A DNA stretch of 63,834 nucleotides, filler included, from Octopus bimaculoides (lineage: Eukaryota), in the NCBI RefSeq assembly GCF_001194135.2. It is 6 parts of 6 records of this genome, joined end to end, with 100 filler letters (N's around TTAATTAATTAA, not from the genome) between each part and the next. Parts side by side here need not be neighbours in the genome. Positions count along the whole stretch, not along the records: positions 36,652 to 48,391 come from NC_068988.1; positions 48,492 to 56,675 come from NW_026306790.1; 4 more parts are not named here. One strand, written 5' to 3'. Each line of letters starts with the position of its first letter. Positions within the stretch are counted from its first letter, which is position 1. Made by a program: the position numbers and the translations under genes. Below, in pieces: positions 37,281 through 49,977 of this stretch. The notes beneath the pieces are model-generated. The model did no database searches. It worked only from the letters and a program-made list of their open reading frames with translations, and had not been told where the DNA came from.

Positions 37281-37584
37281 GACGATGTATAATTGTCAGC
37301 TCATGACAGCTTTTTCTTACGCAGTTTTTAAAGAAAAGATTGAGAACATTATTCCATTTCAAAAGCCGTAACCATCCGATGAAACGTAATTTCAAAACAA
37401 GAGTATATCCCAAGAATACAGCATGTGTAGTCTGTCGAAGCTTACGATGTATTCTTGGGATATTCTTTTGTTTTTGAAATTATTTCATCTGATGATTACA
37501 GTTTTGCAATGAAGTGATATTCTCATTCTTCTATTAAAGAAAAGCGTAAAAACAGCTGTAATGAATTGATAATTATCCTTCGTC
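37281..37584. repeat. Fold-back element, ~138-bp arms, 27-nt loop
   Basis: 37281-37420 aligns with the reverse complement of 37448-37584; the innermost ATATCCCAAGAATACA is perfect. Confidence 0.9.
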
Positions 37585-38290
37585 TGTTGTGACCAATGGT
37601 TTCGTATCCATAAAGCGCTTAGCCTTATAGACGGCTCGTCAGATGGCAATAACTGCGGACATATAACGTCTTTTCAAACTGGTGCTAGAAAACTGTTACA
37701 AAAAATATATTGTGGGAGCCTTAAGCGGCACGGGTTTTCGCCCTTGGGTCCGTCTAGTCAGGAAATTATTACGGTCCTAATCAATGAACGGAGAATCTTT
37801 GGCCTTACGTTGCTTCAGTCCGAAAGTATTTTTGTACGGCCCTAATCAACGAACAGGAAATCACACGCAAGCAGTAGGTAGCGTTTGACATGCGGACAAC
37901 AGCTGTAGTTTTAAGTTCTGGAATTTAACAGTGACCCTGTGTCAAGCGAGGTTTTAGCAGCATTGCCCGTTGTGCTATGCAAAGCTTGCATCGTCTGCTC
38001 TCACTTATATTTAGTTGCGTAGAGAGTTCCTTGATCTTTAAGGTCCAACACGTACCTTGCCAGGGACGTGACATAATGCCTTTGTAGTATCCTAAAAGAA
38101 GACCTATGGTTGTACAGGTGACTCTTAAAGGCAGTTCCGGTCGAACGAACCGATATATCTACGAACTTGAGCGTTGGTTGTACTATCACCTCTGGTGTTC
38201 ATTCCGTTGGCTCCGGTTCTGATGTTACAGCAGTTGATGCCGGCTACTGTCACTGCTCTCAGTGCTGTTATTTCTAACAACTCCACCATA
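37575..38290 (-). mobile_element. Penelope-like element 3' fragment (GIY-YIG)
   Basis: RYIGS/(4-nt GTTC duplication)/TGTAFKSHLYNHRSSFR..TSLARYVLDLK, then CKLC; terminal hammerhead. Confidence 0.75.
37581..37653 (-). ncRNA. Type I hammerhead motif at the 3' end of a Penelope-like fragment
   Basis: CTGACGA-G...C-GAAA-CC-ATT-GG-TC; GUC at 37593-37591; helices I and II are partly decayed. Confidence 0.7.
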
Positions 38291-39379
38291 ATAAAAGAAT
38301 AATTTTAAAAGTGTTTTGATGATAAGGCAATAAGCATTTGTATACATTTCTGAATATTATATGTGTGGAACGTATCAATATACGTCTTTGAAGAGACTCT
38401 TGGCTGCCATACTACAATGATTATGAGAAATTTCTAAAGATGGAACAGCTAATTTGGTGTACCCACTAGAAAGGCAAAACATGGGTGAAGAAAATCTAAG
38501 CCAGTAGTATACGCCAGTGAACTTGACTGACGATGATATTCATTTCATGGCCAGTAAGAATACTGCATATCGTGAACTTGCTATCTCCATTGCACACATA
38601 CAGTATTTGGGAATCAATCTTGAATTTTGTGAAAGAACTGTTTCGGTTTAAATATATTATTACAATTACTCATTTAAAATAATTTCAACAATGTAGTTCG
38701 TCATTTCTTGATTAGATTTGTTTTATTCCTAAAATATCCATGCATTATGATCTATGAATAGAATTTATATAAACTGATAACATAAAATTTTCTGTTTCTT
38801 GAACACAGAGTCTCTAATATTTTACAAATCTAAACAAATTTAAATGTAAAACAGAGGAAATATATTAATTTCTATCGTTCATGCTATTTGACAAACAAGG
38901 CACTGTATTTTCGAAAATGTGACATATATGATTCTACTGAGGAAACTTAATTAACAGCGAAAGGGCTGTAAATGTACACGCCTTTTAATTTATTTGTTAG
39001 TGCAAACTAACAATTGATGCAAATTATCCTGTACGTACAGCCTGGATAAAATTGAATATCTTCGTTTTTTTCTTCTATTGTTCGATTTTAAGTGTAATTA
39101 GCATATCGGTTTTTTCATCTTTTATAATGAAGGAAGATGTTTATATGTGAGAAGCTAGCGTTATTACTTTTCAGTTGCTAATATTCACGTATTTATTACT
39201 GAGAGTTAAATGGCCTTGATAGAATTTCATATAAAACACTGCCATTACATTTTCTACAGGAAAACACATTTCCTTTGCGTTGACAATCTGATCGATAATT
39301 AATTGCGAATTTCTATAATCTGCAGGTTCATAGTCCTCATTAAATAGAAACTGAAAGTCAATATTACGTTATTTCTTAA

Positions 39380-39795
39380 GGCATCGATCAGGCAGAATCA
39401 TTAGCACGCCTAGAAAAATGTTTAGCAGCATTTCGTCCGTATTTATGTTTTGATTTCAATTTCCACTAAGATCGATTTGGCGGCCGATTAAATAAGAACC
39501 AATTGAACATTGAGTTCGTTGCAAACGACATGCTTTTGCTCCCAAAGTGCTAACCTTCTTCTAATATTTGAGACCAATATTATGATGTGCCGTAAGGCGT
39601 CGAGCTGGCAGAAACGTTAGCACACCGGGAAAAACGCTTATCAGCATCTCCTCCGTCTTTACTTTCTGAGTTCAAATTCCACCAAAGTCGAATTTGGCTT
39701 CCATCGTTGTTTGTTGATAATATAAGTACCAATTGAATACTGGGGTCAATGTAATCGACTTGTTCAACATTGCTGGCCTTGTGCCAAAAGTACAG
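39380..39795 (+). mobile_element. Two SINE family C copies (39380-39481 partial; 39596-39795)
   Basis: GGCAGAATCATTAGCACGCC and GGCGTCGAGCTGGCAGAAACGTTAGCAC heads. Confidence 0.75.
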
Positions 39796-41396
39796 AATTA
39801 TGTTATGTTGCTTCTTGATATTTCACAAAGGTGTTCACACTTAGTGAGAGTATAAACGAAAAGTAGCGAAGCATTACCACATTATTTTGATTGCAAACCA
39901 TATATGTCAGTGGTGCTTTCGGCTGCTACACAGAGATCGAAGGGGTGTAGAAATTAAATTCGATTAATGGGATTTTAGAACACGACATGCCTATTACAAC
40001 CGTATATCTAATATGAAAATATACAATAAATGAATATTAGCGAATAATTATCAATTAAGTAAAATTAAGCTATAATCACGCTATCACATGATCTCTGCAT
40101 GTAAAGGAATAACTGTAGGAAGGGAAAATACTAAATATATAGCTACATATAGATGAAGTATGAATAAAAGGTTAATGCATAAGCGGTTGGACAGGTAATA
40201 CAGTATCAATAAATGGTTATAGGTGAAAGTGAGTGAGACAGTGTAAGTAAAAATTATATAGGAGAACGGGGAAGAAGAAAAAGTTCAAAGAAAAAAGAGG
40301 AGAGAGAAAGGCGAAATATATTTACTAGAAATCTAAACAGCCGTTCTGAGAATTCAAAGCTGACTCGGCTAGGTATAAAACAGATCAAACTTTAAAGATA
40401 CACAACGGAGGTGAATATCAACGAAAAATAATTAAGCAAAATAAATCGAAAAAGTCAACTAGAAATTCCTGGCTGGTGGTATTCATGTTGTGTAGGATTC
40501 CATATATCGTAATCATATCATGTTTTGCAAGCAACCGGGTACATGTAATGTATAAGTCACGGGAGAAAATGATGAAGTAAATTAAGAAAAATGAAGAATA
40601 AATGCTAAAAGAAAGATGACTTTAAGAAAATATGAGGGTCTTTATTGACAATATCATAAAATTTGCAGATTATTTAATTTAAAATATACGTCTAATGGAC
40701 GGACGAAATTTTTCATTTTTATTAAAACTAATAAGATCATACTATGCTCAGATGTAAAATAAATCCGGCTAAGTACAGAGAAAGGTGGGATAAAATAGAT
40801 AGAACTGAAATAAAGTTTCAAATTATGTAATTCGAGCATAACATCAAGGAACTATGATAAAACGTGAAAATTTTCAAGAATGCAATGGGTGATCGCGTCC
40901 AGCTGTAGATTTAGATAACGGTCTTTAAACTATTGTAATGTTTCTATTACTATAAAGACCACATGCGTTGTAGGTACCTTTGCAAAGCCATGTCCTTTTA
41001 ATAATATACAATTGAATATTATCAGAAATGCTCGTGTCCTTTAGTGCTTATAATTCGTTAATGAAGAGGATATCTTATTTTTAGGAGGAGTAAAAGAACT
41101 AAAGTGGACTAAGTATCGTTTCTTAAGGCCGATTCACGATTCGATGTATATATTAGTTGAATTTGGATATCAATTATATACAGTGATTCTATAAACGGAA
41201 TTATGCCTGAGACTATTTGGTTATCTATAGTTCTTCGGTATATCTTACCTTTACTCCTTTTGCACTGATTCTAATAGATTTCGGCTTTAAATCTAGCTTT
41301 CATCGTTAGTGTATAATGTTTTGAATGGCACACCTAGTCCATTTCCTTATTATTTTATCGTTGTGAAGTCTAATATGTTTGTATATATATATATAT

Positions 41397-41443
<47 letters not shown>

Positions 41444-42208
41444 ATACATATGCATATGCATATATATATACGTGTGTGTGTGTGTGTNNNNNNNNNNNNN
41501 NNNNNNNNNNNNNNNNNNNNNNNNNNNNNNNNNNNNNNNNNNNNNNNNNNNNNNNNNNNNNNNNNNNNNNNNNNNNNNNNNNNNNNNNNNNNNNNNNNNN
41601 NNNNNNNNNNNNNNNNNNNNNNNNNNNNNNNNNNNNNNNNNNNNNNNNNNNNNNNNNNNNNNNNNNNNNNNNNNNNNNNNNNNNNNNNNNNNNNNNNNNN
41701 NNNNNNNNNNNNNNNNNNNNNNNNNNNNNNNNNNNNNNNNNNNNNNNNNNNNNNNNNNNNNNNNNNNNNNNNNNNNNNNNNNNNNNNNNNNNNNNNNNNN
41801 NNNNNNNNNNNNNNNNNNNNNNNNNNNNNNNNNNNNNNNNNNNNNNNNNNNNNNNNNNNNNNNNNNNNNNNNNNNNNNNNNNNNNNNNNNNNNNNNNNNN
41901 NNNNNNNNNNNNNNNNNNNNNNNNNNNNNNNNNNNNNNNNNNNNNNNNNNNNNNNNNNNNNNNNNNNNNNNNNNNNNNNNNNNNNNNNNNNNNNNNNNNN
42001 NNNNNNNNNNNNNNNNNNNNNNNNNNNNNNNNNNNNNNNNNNNNNNNNNNNNNNNNNNNNNNNNNNNNNNNNNNNNNNNNNNNNNNNNNNNNNNNNNNNN
42101 NNNNNNNNNNNNNNNNNNNNNNNNNNNNNNNNNNNNNNNNNNNNNNNNNNNNNNNNNNNNNNNNNNNNNNNNNNNNNNNNNNNNNNNNNNNNNNNNNNNN
42201 NNNNNNNN

Positions 42209-42239
<31 letters not shown>

Positions 42240-42941
42240 CATACATACACACACACACATATGTATATATATAAACTTCGACTAATGTCATTTGGCGAAA
42301 AAATTAGGTGGCTATGCCATTATAACTCATATTGAAAGCTTATATAGATTATTTCGTATTTTTGTGTTAATATCAATTATTTGCTTAATTGTGTGTGCAT
42401 AACACCTTCAGCAATATCAATTTGTCTGCGAATCCCAGAAATTGCTCTCAAAGATTAGTATGAGTCTTCGTCTTAATTCTAAATTATATTCTAACTAATG
42501 TAACCACTGGTTATTTAGCTATAATTTGTGTAACTTAACTACACATATTACGATGACATAATTGTTTGTCCGTCATTCATCATATTTCAACATTATTTCC
42601 ATTGTCCCTTTCGCTACATTTCCAACAAACAATTATGGTCAGCTGGACAATGCATCCCATGACCAGTATGTGGAATTTTAGAAATTTGATTTGGCTTGAT
42701 CACTAAACCGGGTCGAATATGATATATATATATACAACAACGTTTGACATTTTCTTCACCGTTACATAGGTACACACACACATATATATAAATATACATA
42801 TGTGTATATTGACTATATACATGTTTAATTGTACCTGTTTTGGGGTATTTGGATTTGTGTCTGTATATTGAAACATATGGGCGATATTCAATATATAGAG
42901 ACATATCCCGATTTCTCTCCCCATCTCTTTGTGTGTGTGTG

Positions 42942-42996
<55 letters not shown>

Positions 42997-44379
42997 ATAT
43001 ATAGATAATATGCATACATGTAATTATTTTCTAATTTTTTTTTCACTGTTACATGCATAATGGAAGACAAAAATGCACCAAATAAATCGATTTCAATTGA
43101 GACATTGTTTANNNNNNNNNNNNNNNNNNNNNNNNNNNNNNNNNNNNNNNNNNNNNNNNNNNNNNNNNNNNNNNNNNNNNNNNNNNNNNNNNNNNNNNNN
43201 NNNNNNNNNNNNNNNNNNNNNNNNNNNNNNNNNNNNNNNNNNNNNNNNNNNNNNNNNNNNNNNNNNNNNNNNNNNNNNNNNNNNNNNNNNNNNNNNNNNN
43301 NNNNNNNNNNNNNNNNNNNNNNNNNNNNNNNNNNNNNNNNNNNNNNNNNNNNNNNNNNNNNNNNNNNNNNNNNNNNNNNNNNNNNNNNNNNNNNNNNNNN
43401 NNNNNNNNNNNNNNNNNNNNNNNNNNNNNNNNNNNNNNNNNNNNNNNNNNNNNNNNNNNNNNNNNNNNNNNNNNNNNNNNNNNNNNNNNNNNNNNNNNNN
43501 NNNNNNNNNNNNNNNNNNNNNNNNNNNNNNNNNNNNNNNNNNNNNNNNNNNNNNNNNNNNNNNNNNNNNNNNNNNNNNNNNNNNNNNNNNNNNNNNNNNN
43601 NNNNNNNNNNNNNNNNNNNNNNNNNNNNNNNNNNNNNNNNNNNNNNNNNNNNNNNNNNNNNNNNNNNNNNNNNNNNNNNNNNNNNNNNNNNNNNNNNNNN
43701 NNNNNNNNNNNNNNNNNNNNNNNNNNNNNNNNNNNNNNNNNNNNNNNNNNNNNNNNNNNNNNNNNNNNNNNNNNNNNNNNNNNNNNNNNNNNNNNNNNNN
43801 NNNNNNNNNNNNNNNNNNNNNNNNNNNNNNNNNNNNNNNNNNNNNNNNNNNNNNNNNNNNNNNNNNNNNNNNNNNNNNNNNNNNNNNNNNNNNNNNNNNN
43901 NNNNNNNNNNNNNNNNNNNNNNNNNNNNNNNNNNNNNNNNNNNNNNNNNNNNNNNNNNNNNNNNNNNNNNNNNNNNNNNNNNNNNNNNNNNNNNNNNNNN
44001 NNNNNNNNNNNNNNNNNNNNNNNNNNNNNNNNNNNNNNNNNNNNNNNNNNNNNNNNNNNNNNNNNNNNNNNNNNNNNNNNNNNNNNNNNTATATATATAT
44101 ATATATATATATACATATATACATATGTGTGTGTGTGTGTATACACATATGTAAGTATATACATATTTGTGTATTTGTAAGTATATGACTATGTGTGTAT
44201 ATATATACAAATAGGCATATATATATGTATATATATATATATTACGCACACATATATATATATTACATATAATATATAAGTTCATATAAGTCCGTCTATA
44301 TGTGTCCGTGTGTTTATGTGAAGTTTCACAATTATATCTTTCTTTAAACGTAAATGCACACATACATATACATACATGT

Positions 44380-44419
<40 letters not shown>

Positions 44420-44420
44420 G

Positions 44421-44458
<38 letters not shown>

Positions 44459-46386
44459 TGTGTATACACACGCATATTCACATACGTACATATTACCTTT
44501 ATTCAATACATTTTGGAGATTGTTTACGCGTTGATGTGTCACTAGATGTGTCTGGAAACTATCGATATTATTATAAGACAAGAATGTAAATTTCCACCAT
44601 ATTCAAAATGGAAAGCTATGAGCTATTTTAGCTTGATATTAAACAATGGTGCTGCAGGGTAAGTACGCAATTAGAGCAATCGAATTAAAATAGTTTGCAG
44701 CTGGAGGAAACCAAATAATTGTTATTGGAACATGAAAGTAGATATATCGTGGTTGTATAAGATAGATGTAAAAATAACTAAAATCAATGCTACACAGAGA
44801 TAAACATTTATTTTACATATATAAAAGTTTATATAGATGTTTACTTAATAGAAATATATTTTTTCCATTTAATTACATATATCTAAATTTCCATAATATC
44901 TAGCTATACAAAGATGCGAACAGACACAGACAAACGCATACATATGTATATATATATGCGTGTGTGTATGTGTGTGTGCGTGTGTGTGTGTGTGTTTGTG
45001 TCTGTGAGTCTGTGTGTGTGTGTTTTCGCGTTTGTTTCTTCGTGCATGTGTATGTGCATATGGATGTACGCATTTATGAGTTCTTACATATATACATTCA
45101 TTCATACATACATACATGCATGCATGCATACATACATACATTCTTAATACATACATACATCCATACATACATACATACATACATATGCTATATTTTGTAA
45201 GATGTATTCATACCCTTTCGATATCATCTATTGGGACAGACGACTTAGATGTTGTCCTATTATTTTCAGTTTCATTTTGAGTTGTCGGTTTGAAATACCT
45301 TTTGTAACATCCCACAGAAACATTTACTCTGAATGAATTTTGTCTAAATGCTTCTTTTAAAGCATCCTCAGTAAGGTAAGCCAGTTCAGACACCAATAAT
45401 TTGTGTACTTTCTTGACACCAATAATATACAATACAATATGTGCATTGGTCTTTCTGATTGGTCAGATGTAAAGATGTATTTATAAGAAGTGTCATCGTG
45501 GAGACTTTAATATAGTAGGTGTTGATATTGATGTGCCAATAGAGAACTGAAATTGGACTGAAATTTCTGTTCCTACTATGAACAAAATCCCGAAACACAA
45601 ATATCTTTATACATTCCTAGATATCGTGCCCAATAATCTCACAATTCAACCAAATTTGCCTTTCTTCACTTCAAATTTATTTCATCGATGGCGAAACAAC
45701 GGAAGTCAGAAGCTACTTGATTAATGAATCTGAAAAACATAACATTAAAAAAAAAATTCAAAAAAAAAAAAACCCAGCCAAGTGGCTGCTTGTATTTCTA
45801 AATCTTGTTGGTAGATCCGTTCCAATGTCTGCATAATGGAACAATCATAGGCATGTGATTTGTGACGGGTAGATTGTGTATATGTTAAACGTGAACTTTT
45901 TGTGTATATTAAACCAAATTAATGTTAAAATATCAATAGCTAGATTTAGAGGAGAGAAAAGAAGGCATGTATGCAATTTCAGTATAGAAATATCGTGGTT
46001 GAGAAAAATGTTATGACTTAACCACACATCTTGACATAGGTACTAGCTACGAAGATAAAGAATAGATGTATGATTGTGTGCACTTCATGTACACATACGG
46101 AGACATACACACATTAACGTACGCACGCACACACACTCACTCACAAACATACACACATATATGTATACTGTGGGTTAACACACAGAAATATGTATATAAA
46201 CAAGCACGCAGACTCACACACACATATATATATATAGTTGAAGTATGTTCTCTTAAGAACGTATTAGAATACAAATAGAGCTCGTCACCCTGTATATAAG
46301 TAGATCTATATGTATCGAAACATTTGTAGTGATCATTAAAAAGTTGCCTACTCATACTTACTCGTTCTTTTGATTCTTTTACTCGT

Positions 46387-46417
<31 letters not shown>

Positions 46418-46959
46418 TATGTATCATTAATTTGCTCATATGGCGGCCAGCAACGATATTATTTTTAGATATATTATCGTTCTTATATTTATTTACACAT
46501 ACACACAAACCCACACATATAGCATATACAAATCCGTCTTTATCATATAAAACACATTAATAATTAGCTTTATTGTGGCAGAATATTTAGACCTTTTTGA
46601 TAATATGCCACGTCGTACTTTTCTTCAGGGTCTTAACACTCTCCAATAATATATTGTTAGGTTCATCTTTTAAACTCATCGCTCTGGAATCAATTCAATG
46701 GTGGAACAATACGTTGTGCAACCCTTCGTTTGTCATGTAACTAAATAATATACTTAGTTCTTTTCCCGAAGAACATCCAACATACGTAATCTTCACCCTC
46801 TGTTTTCTTTTAAACGTTGACCTGTAACAGTCTTACCACATTATTATTATTATTGGCATCAGTCTTATTGGGTTCGAAGTGTCTTTTGGGATTCTAGGCT
46901 AATTTCTTTCTCTGGAATGTTGTCTACAGGGAGGTATGACACTGTTCTATGACTAGTTA

Positions 46960-47783
46960 TGTTTTATAACAGATTACATGCTTCAATAGCATCCCCCTCG
47001 ACATATTCACCTTGCGGAACAATACACAGATCTTTGCGTTTCTGCCACTTTTAGAATCCGGCTTGGAAGTCGTATGCCGTAATCAAGTCGAAGACCTTTA
47101 GTCGTTCACTCTTGATCTCGACAACGGTGTTAAAACGATAACCCTTGAGCTGTATTTTCATCTTGGGGAAGAAGCAGAAGTCCGCAGGTGCTAAAACTGG
47201 CGAAAAGAGTGCATGTGGAAGCGATGCCATGTTATTTTGCGGGAAACACGAGTGTGGAGAGCTCGGTGACAGAGTGCAATTCTTCGCGTTGCACAGATTT
47301 GGTCGCTTTCGCCGAATGCACTACCTCAAACTCTTCGAAACGTTGCAGTAGAATTCTAGATTCATGGTCTGGCCTTGGTGACCGACTTCTACATTTGCGG
47401 GGGTAACGTTACTGGCATGCCTTCCAGGGACGTTTTTCCTCTTCTGAAGTTCCCCTGCCACTTGAAACTGTGCATACAGCCTCGTCGCTGTAAGCTTGCC
47501 AGATCATGCTTAATGTCTCTGAAATAGACGTCCTGAGTTCCACAAAAAATATCACTTTAGCATTTTGTTCCAGTCCATGACAATATCGCAGACTACAGCT
47601 TACACGTGAACCCAAAAGCATAAATTTCACAACTTGCGAAATAAGCATAGCGATGTGACTCGGCACAGTGTTTCATGAACGTCATATGAATGTCACTGCT
47701 AGCTCTCACTGCGCACGAAAACGTGTGCTGCATCTGCTGGCGCGCTACAGAGCCTGTCCGGGAACTTTTTTATACACCTCGTA
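46960..47783 (-). mobile_element. Internally deleted mariner relic with one TIR
   Basis: N-terminus LEQNAKVIFF..SETLSMIWQAYSDEAV; C-terminus FSPVLAPADFCFFPKMKIQLKGYRF..GEYVEG; TA-CGAGGTGTATAAAAAAGTTCCC end at 47783. Confidence 0.85.
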
Positions 47784-48558
47784 TAATCTTCTGAAGAAGC
47801 TTCTCTGTACATAAAACGGGTAAGAGATTACGTTTCGGGTAGTTATTTACAGATTTATTGTATGTCTCAAGTACTGCAAGTGTATCAATGCTGTAAAGCC
47901 CAAACATGAACTCGGTTTTAAGTTAACAAATGTATTAACTACTATGCACTTCTGCTGATTTTATTATATTTTATTTGAATTACTTTTCTTATCATTATTG
48001 GAAGAGATTTTACTTTACTGTGGTAGTACAGTCGCATAATTTACTCACCTGTATTTTTAGATATAACTGCATTTGTAGATATTTCTTTGTCATTTATGGG
48101 ATGATAATCATATACCACTTTAATATGAGAACTAGACACTTCTAAATATCTGCTTGTGTAATGACATGTCTGTTAGTTTATTAAAGCTTTAATAACACAC
48201 AGATTTAATGCAATGTTATAAACACCCATAGCCTTTGACTTTCATAACCTGAAGAGGTTCAGGTGCAACAAGGAATATATTACATATCACAGATTTGCTA
48301 TACAGTTTTATTATTAAATTTAAGATTTACTGAAAATAGTAGAATAAACCATGAAATAATACGTTTTTAACAGACATATATTTAAAGCAGCNNNNNNNNN
48401 NNNNNNNNNNNNNNNNNNNNNNNNNNNNNNNNNNNTTAATTAATTAANNNNNNNNNNNNNNNNNNNNNNNNNNNNNNNNNNNNNNNNNNNNTCTCTCTTT
48501 GTGAGTCCTGTTGGTATTCTGTGGATTATGTGTATGTAGATATATATATATACATATA

Positions 48559-49000
48559 CAGGGTGGGCCATACTAATATCTCAGATTATAAAAATGACAT
48601 AGAGTACCAAATATATTTATTACATAACTAATATACAGGAGTTCAACATATCTAAGATTTGAATATTACATCCTGGAGATGGTCACCACCACAAAGAGAA
48701 CATCTACAAACTTGCTTTCTCATATCAGGCACACTGCAGCTTAGCATATCAACTGGAACGGTTGCAATTTCTCTACAGATACTTTGTCTTAGTTCCGCTG
48801 CTGTATGGGGCCGTCTTGTGTATACCCTATCTCTGTATACATGGAGATCTTTTGCAACTGACCTCATGAATTTTCTGGGATTGTAATCAATGGTCTGTTG
48901 AACTTGCTGGATAAATTCAGGTGTTCTAATGATTTCAGAGCATTTAGAATTCTTTTTTACAATTTGATACTGGTGATACATTTCCATCTTCGGTCCTCAA
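48559..49000 (-). mobile_element. IS630-Tc1-mariner relic, apparently chimeric or deleted
   Basis: TA-CAGGGTGGGCCA TIR; IRTPEFIQQVQQTIDYNP fused to RVYTRRPHTAAELRQSI..GDHLQDVIF. Confidence 0.75.
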
Positions 49001-49120
49001 TCATCTCCTCTTTAATAGTGTTCAAATGATTCAAACTTAGACTCCAATGTCTTTACAGGGGATCCACAAGGTAAAGAAAGGTTATAAGAAGGTTCAAGTT
49101 GAGTGGGTATAGAGGAAATG

Positions 49121-49438
49121 ATGCTGATAAACAAATTAGACACATTAAATATACTATATATATTAAATACATCAAATACAAAATATATATATATTTAAAC
49201 ATGCAAAACGAGAGAAAGCAAAAGGTGGAAACTTTCAGGTGATGAATTTTTATGTATAACTATATAGGCACAGGAGTGGCTGTGTGGTAAGTAGCTTGCT
49301 TACCAACCACATGGTTCTGGGTTCAGTCCCACTGCATGGCACCTTTAGCAAGTGTCTTCTACTATAGCCTTGGGCCAACCAAAGCTTTGTGAGTGGATTT
49401 GGTAGACGGAAACTGAAAAGAAGCCCATTGTATATATG

Positions 49439-49484
<46 letters not shown>

Positions 49485-49977
49485 TGTGTCTGTCTTTGTC
49501 CGCCCAACATCGCTTGACAACCGATGCTGGTGTCTTTACCGATGCTGTGTGTCTATCGGCAAAAGAGACCAATAGAATAAGTACTAGGCTTATAAAGAAT
49601 AAGTCCTGGGTTTGATTTGCTCGACTAAAGGCGGTGCTCCAGCATGGCCACAGTCAAATGACTGAAATAAGTAAAAGAGTAAAAGAGAGATATTTATAAG
49701 GATAGATCCAACGTACACAGAGTACAAACATCAGAGAAAATTAAAGAAGCTGAAGAAAGGTGTTGGACTTATAACACCTTTCTTTTACCCCTTTAATATT
49801 CTCTGTCATTTGTACTCTGTATAAGTTGGACCTATCAATATAAACATCTATATATTTATTCATAAAAATTCATCACCTGAAAGTTTCCACCTTTTGCTTT
49901 CTCTCGTTTTGCATGTATACATATCTTGTATTCACTACATTTAATATATTTGATGTGTCTAATTTTTTTATCTGCAT
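49121..49977. repeat. Long fold-back (~210-bp arms, 8-nt loop) with a SINE inserted in the left arm
   Basis: Left arm 49121-49266 plus 49688-49764; loop 49765-49772; right arm 49773-49977; 56-nt perfect core 49199-49254 / 49861-49916. Confidence 0.95.
49266..49687 (+). mobile_element. SINE family A, full length
   Basis: Head, (TG)n and tail all present; the insertion splits the fold-back arm. Confidence 0.9.

Noticed and set aside
44632-44664. Strong GTAAGT/GTAATT donors with possible micro-exons (also 51426-51467, 52617)
   Set aside because: Splice-like motifs are frequent in AT-rich DNA and there is no supporting evidence.
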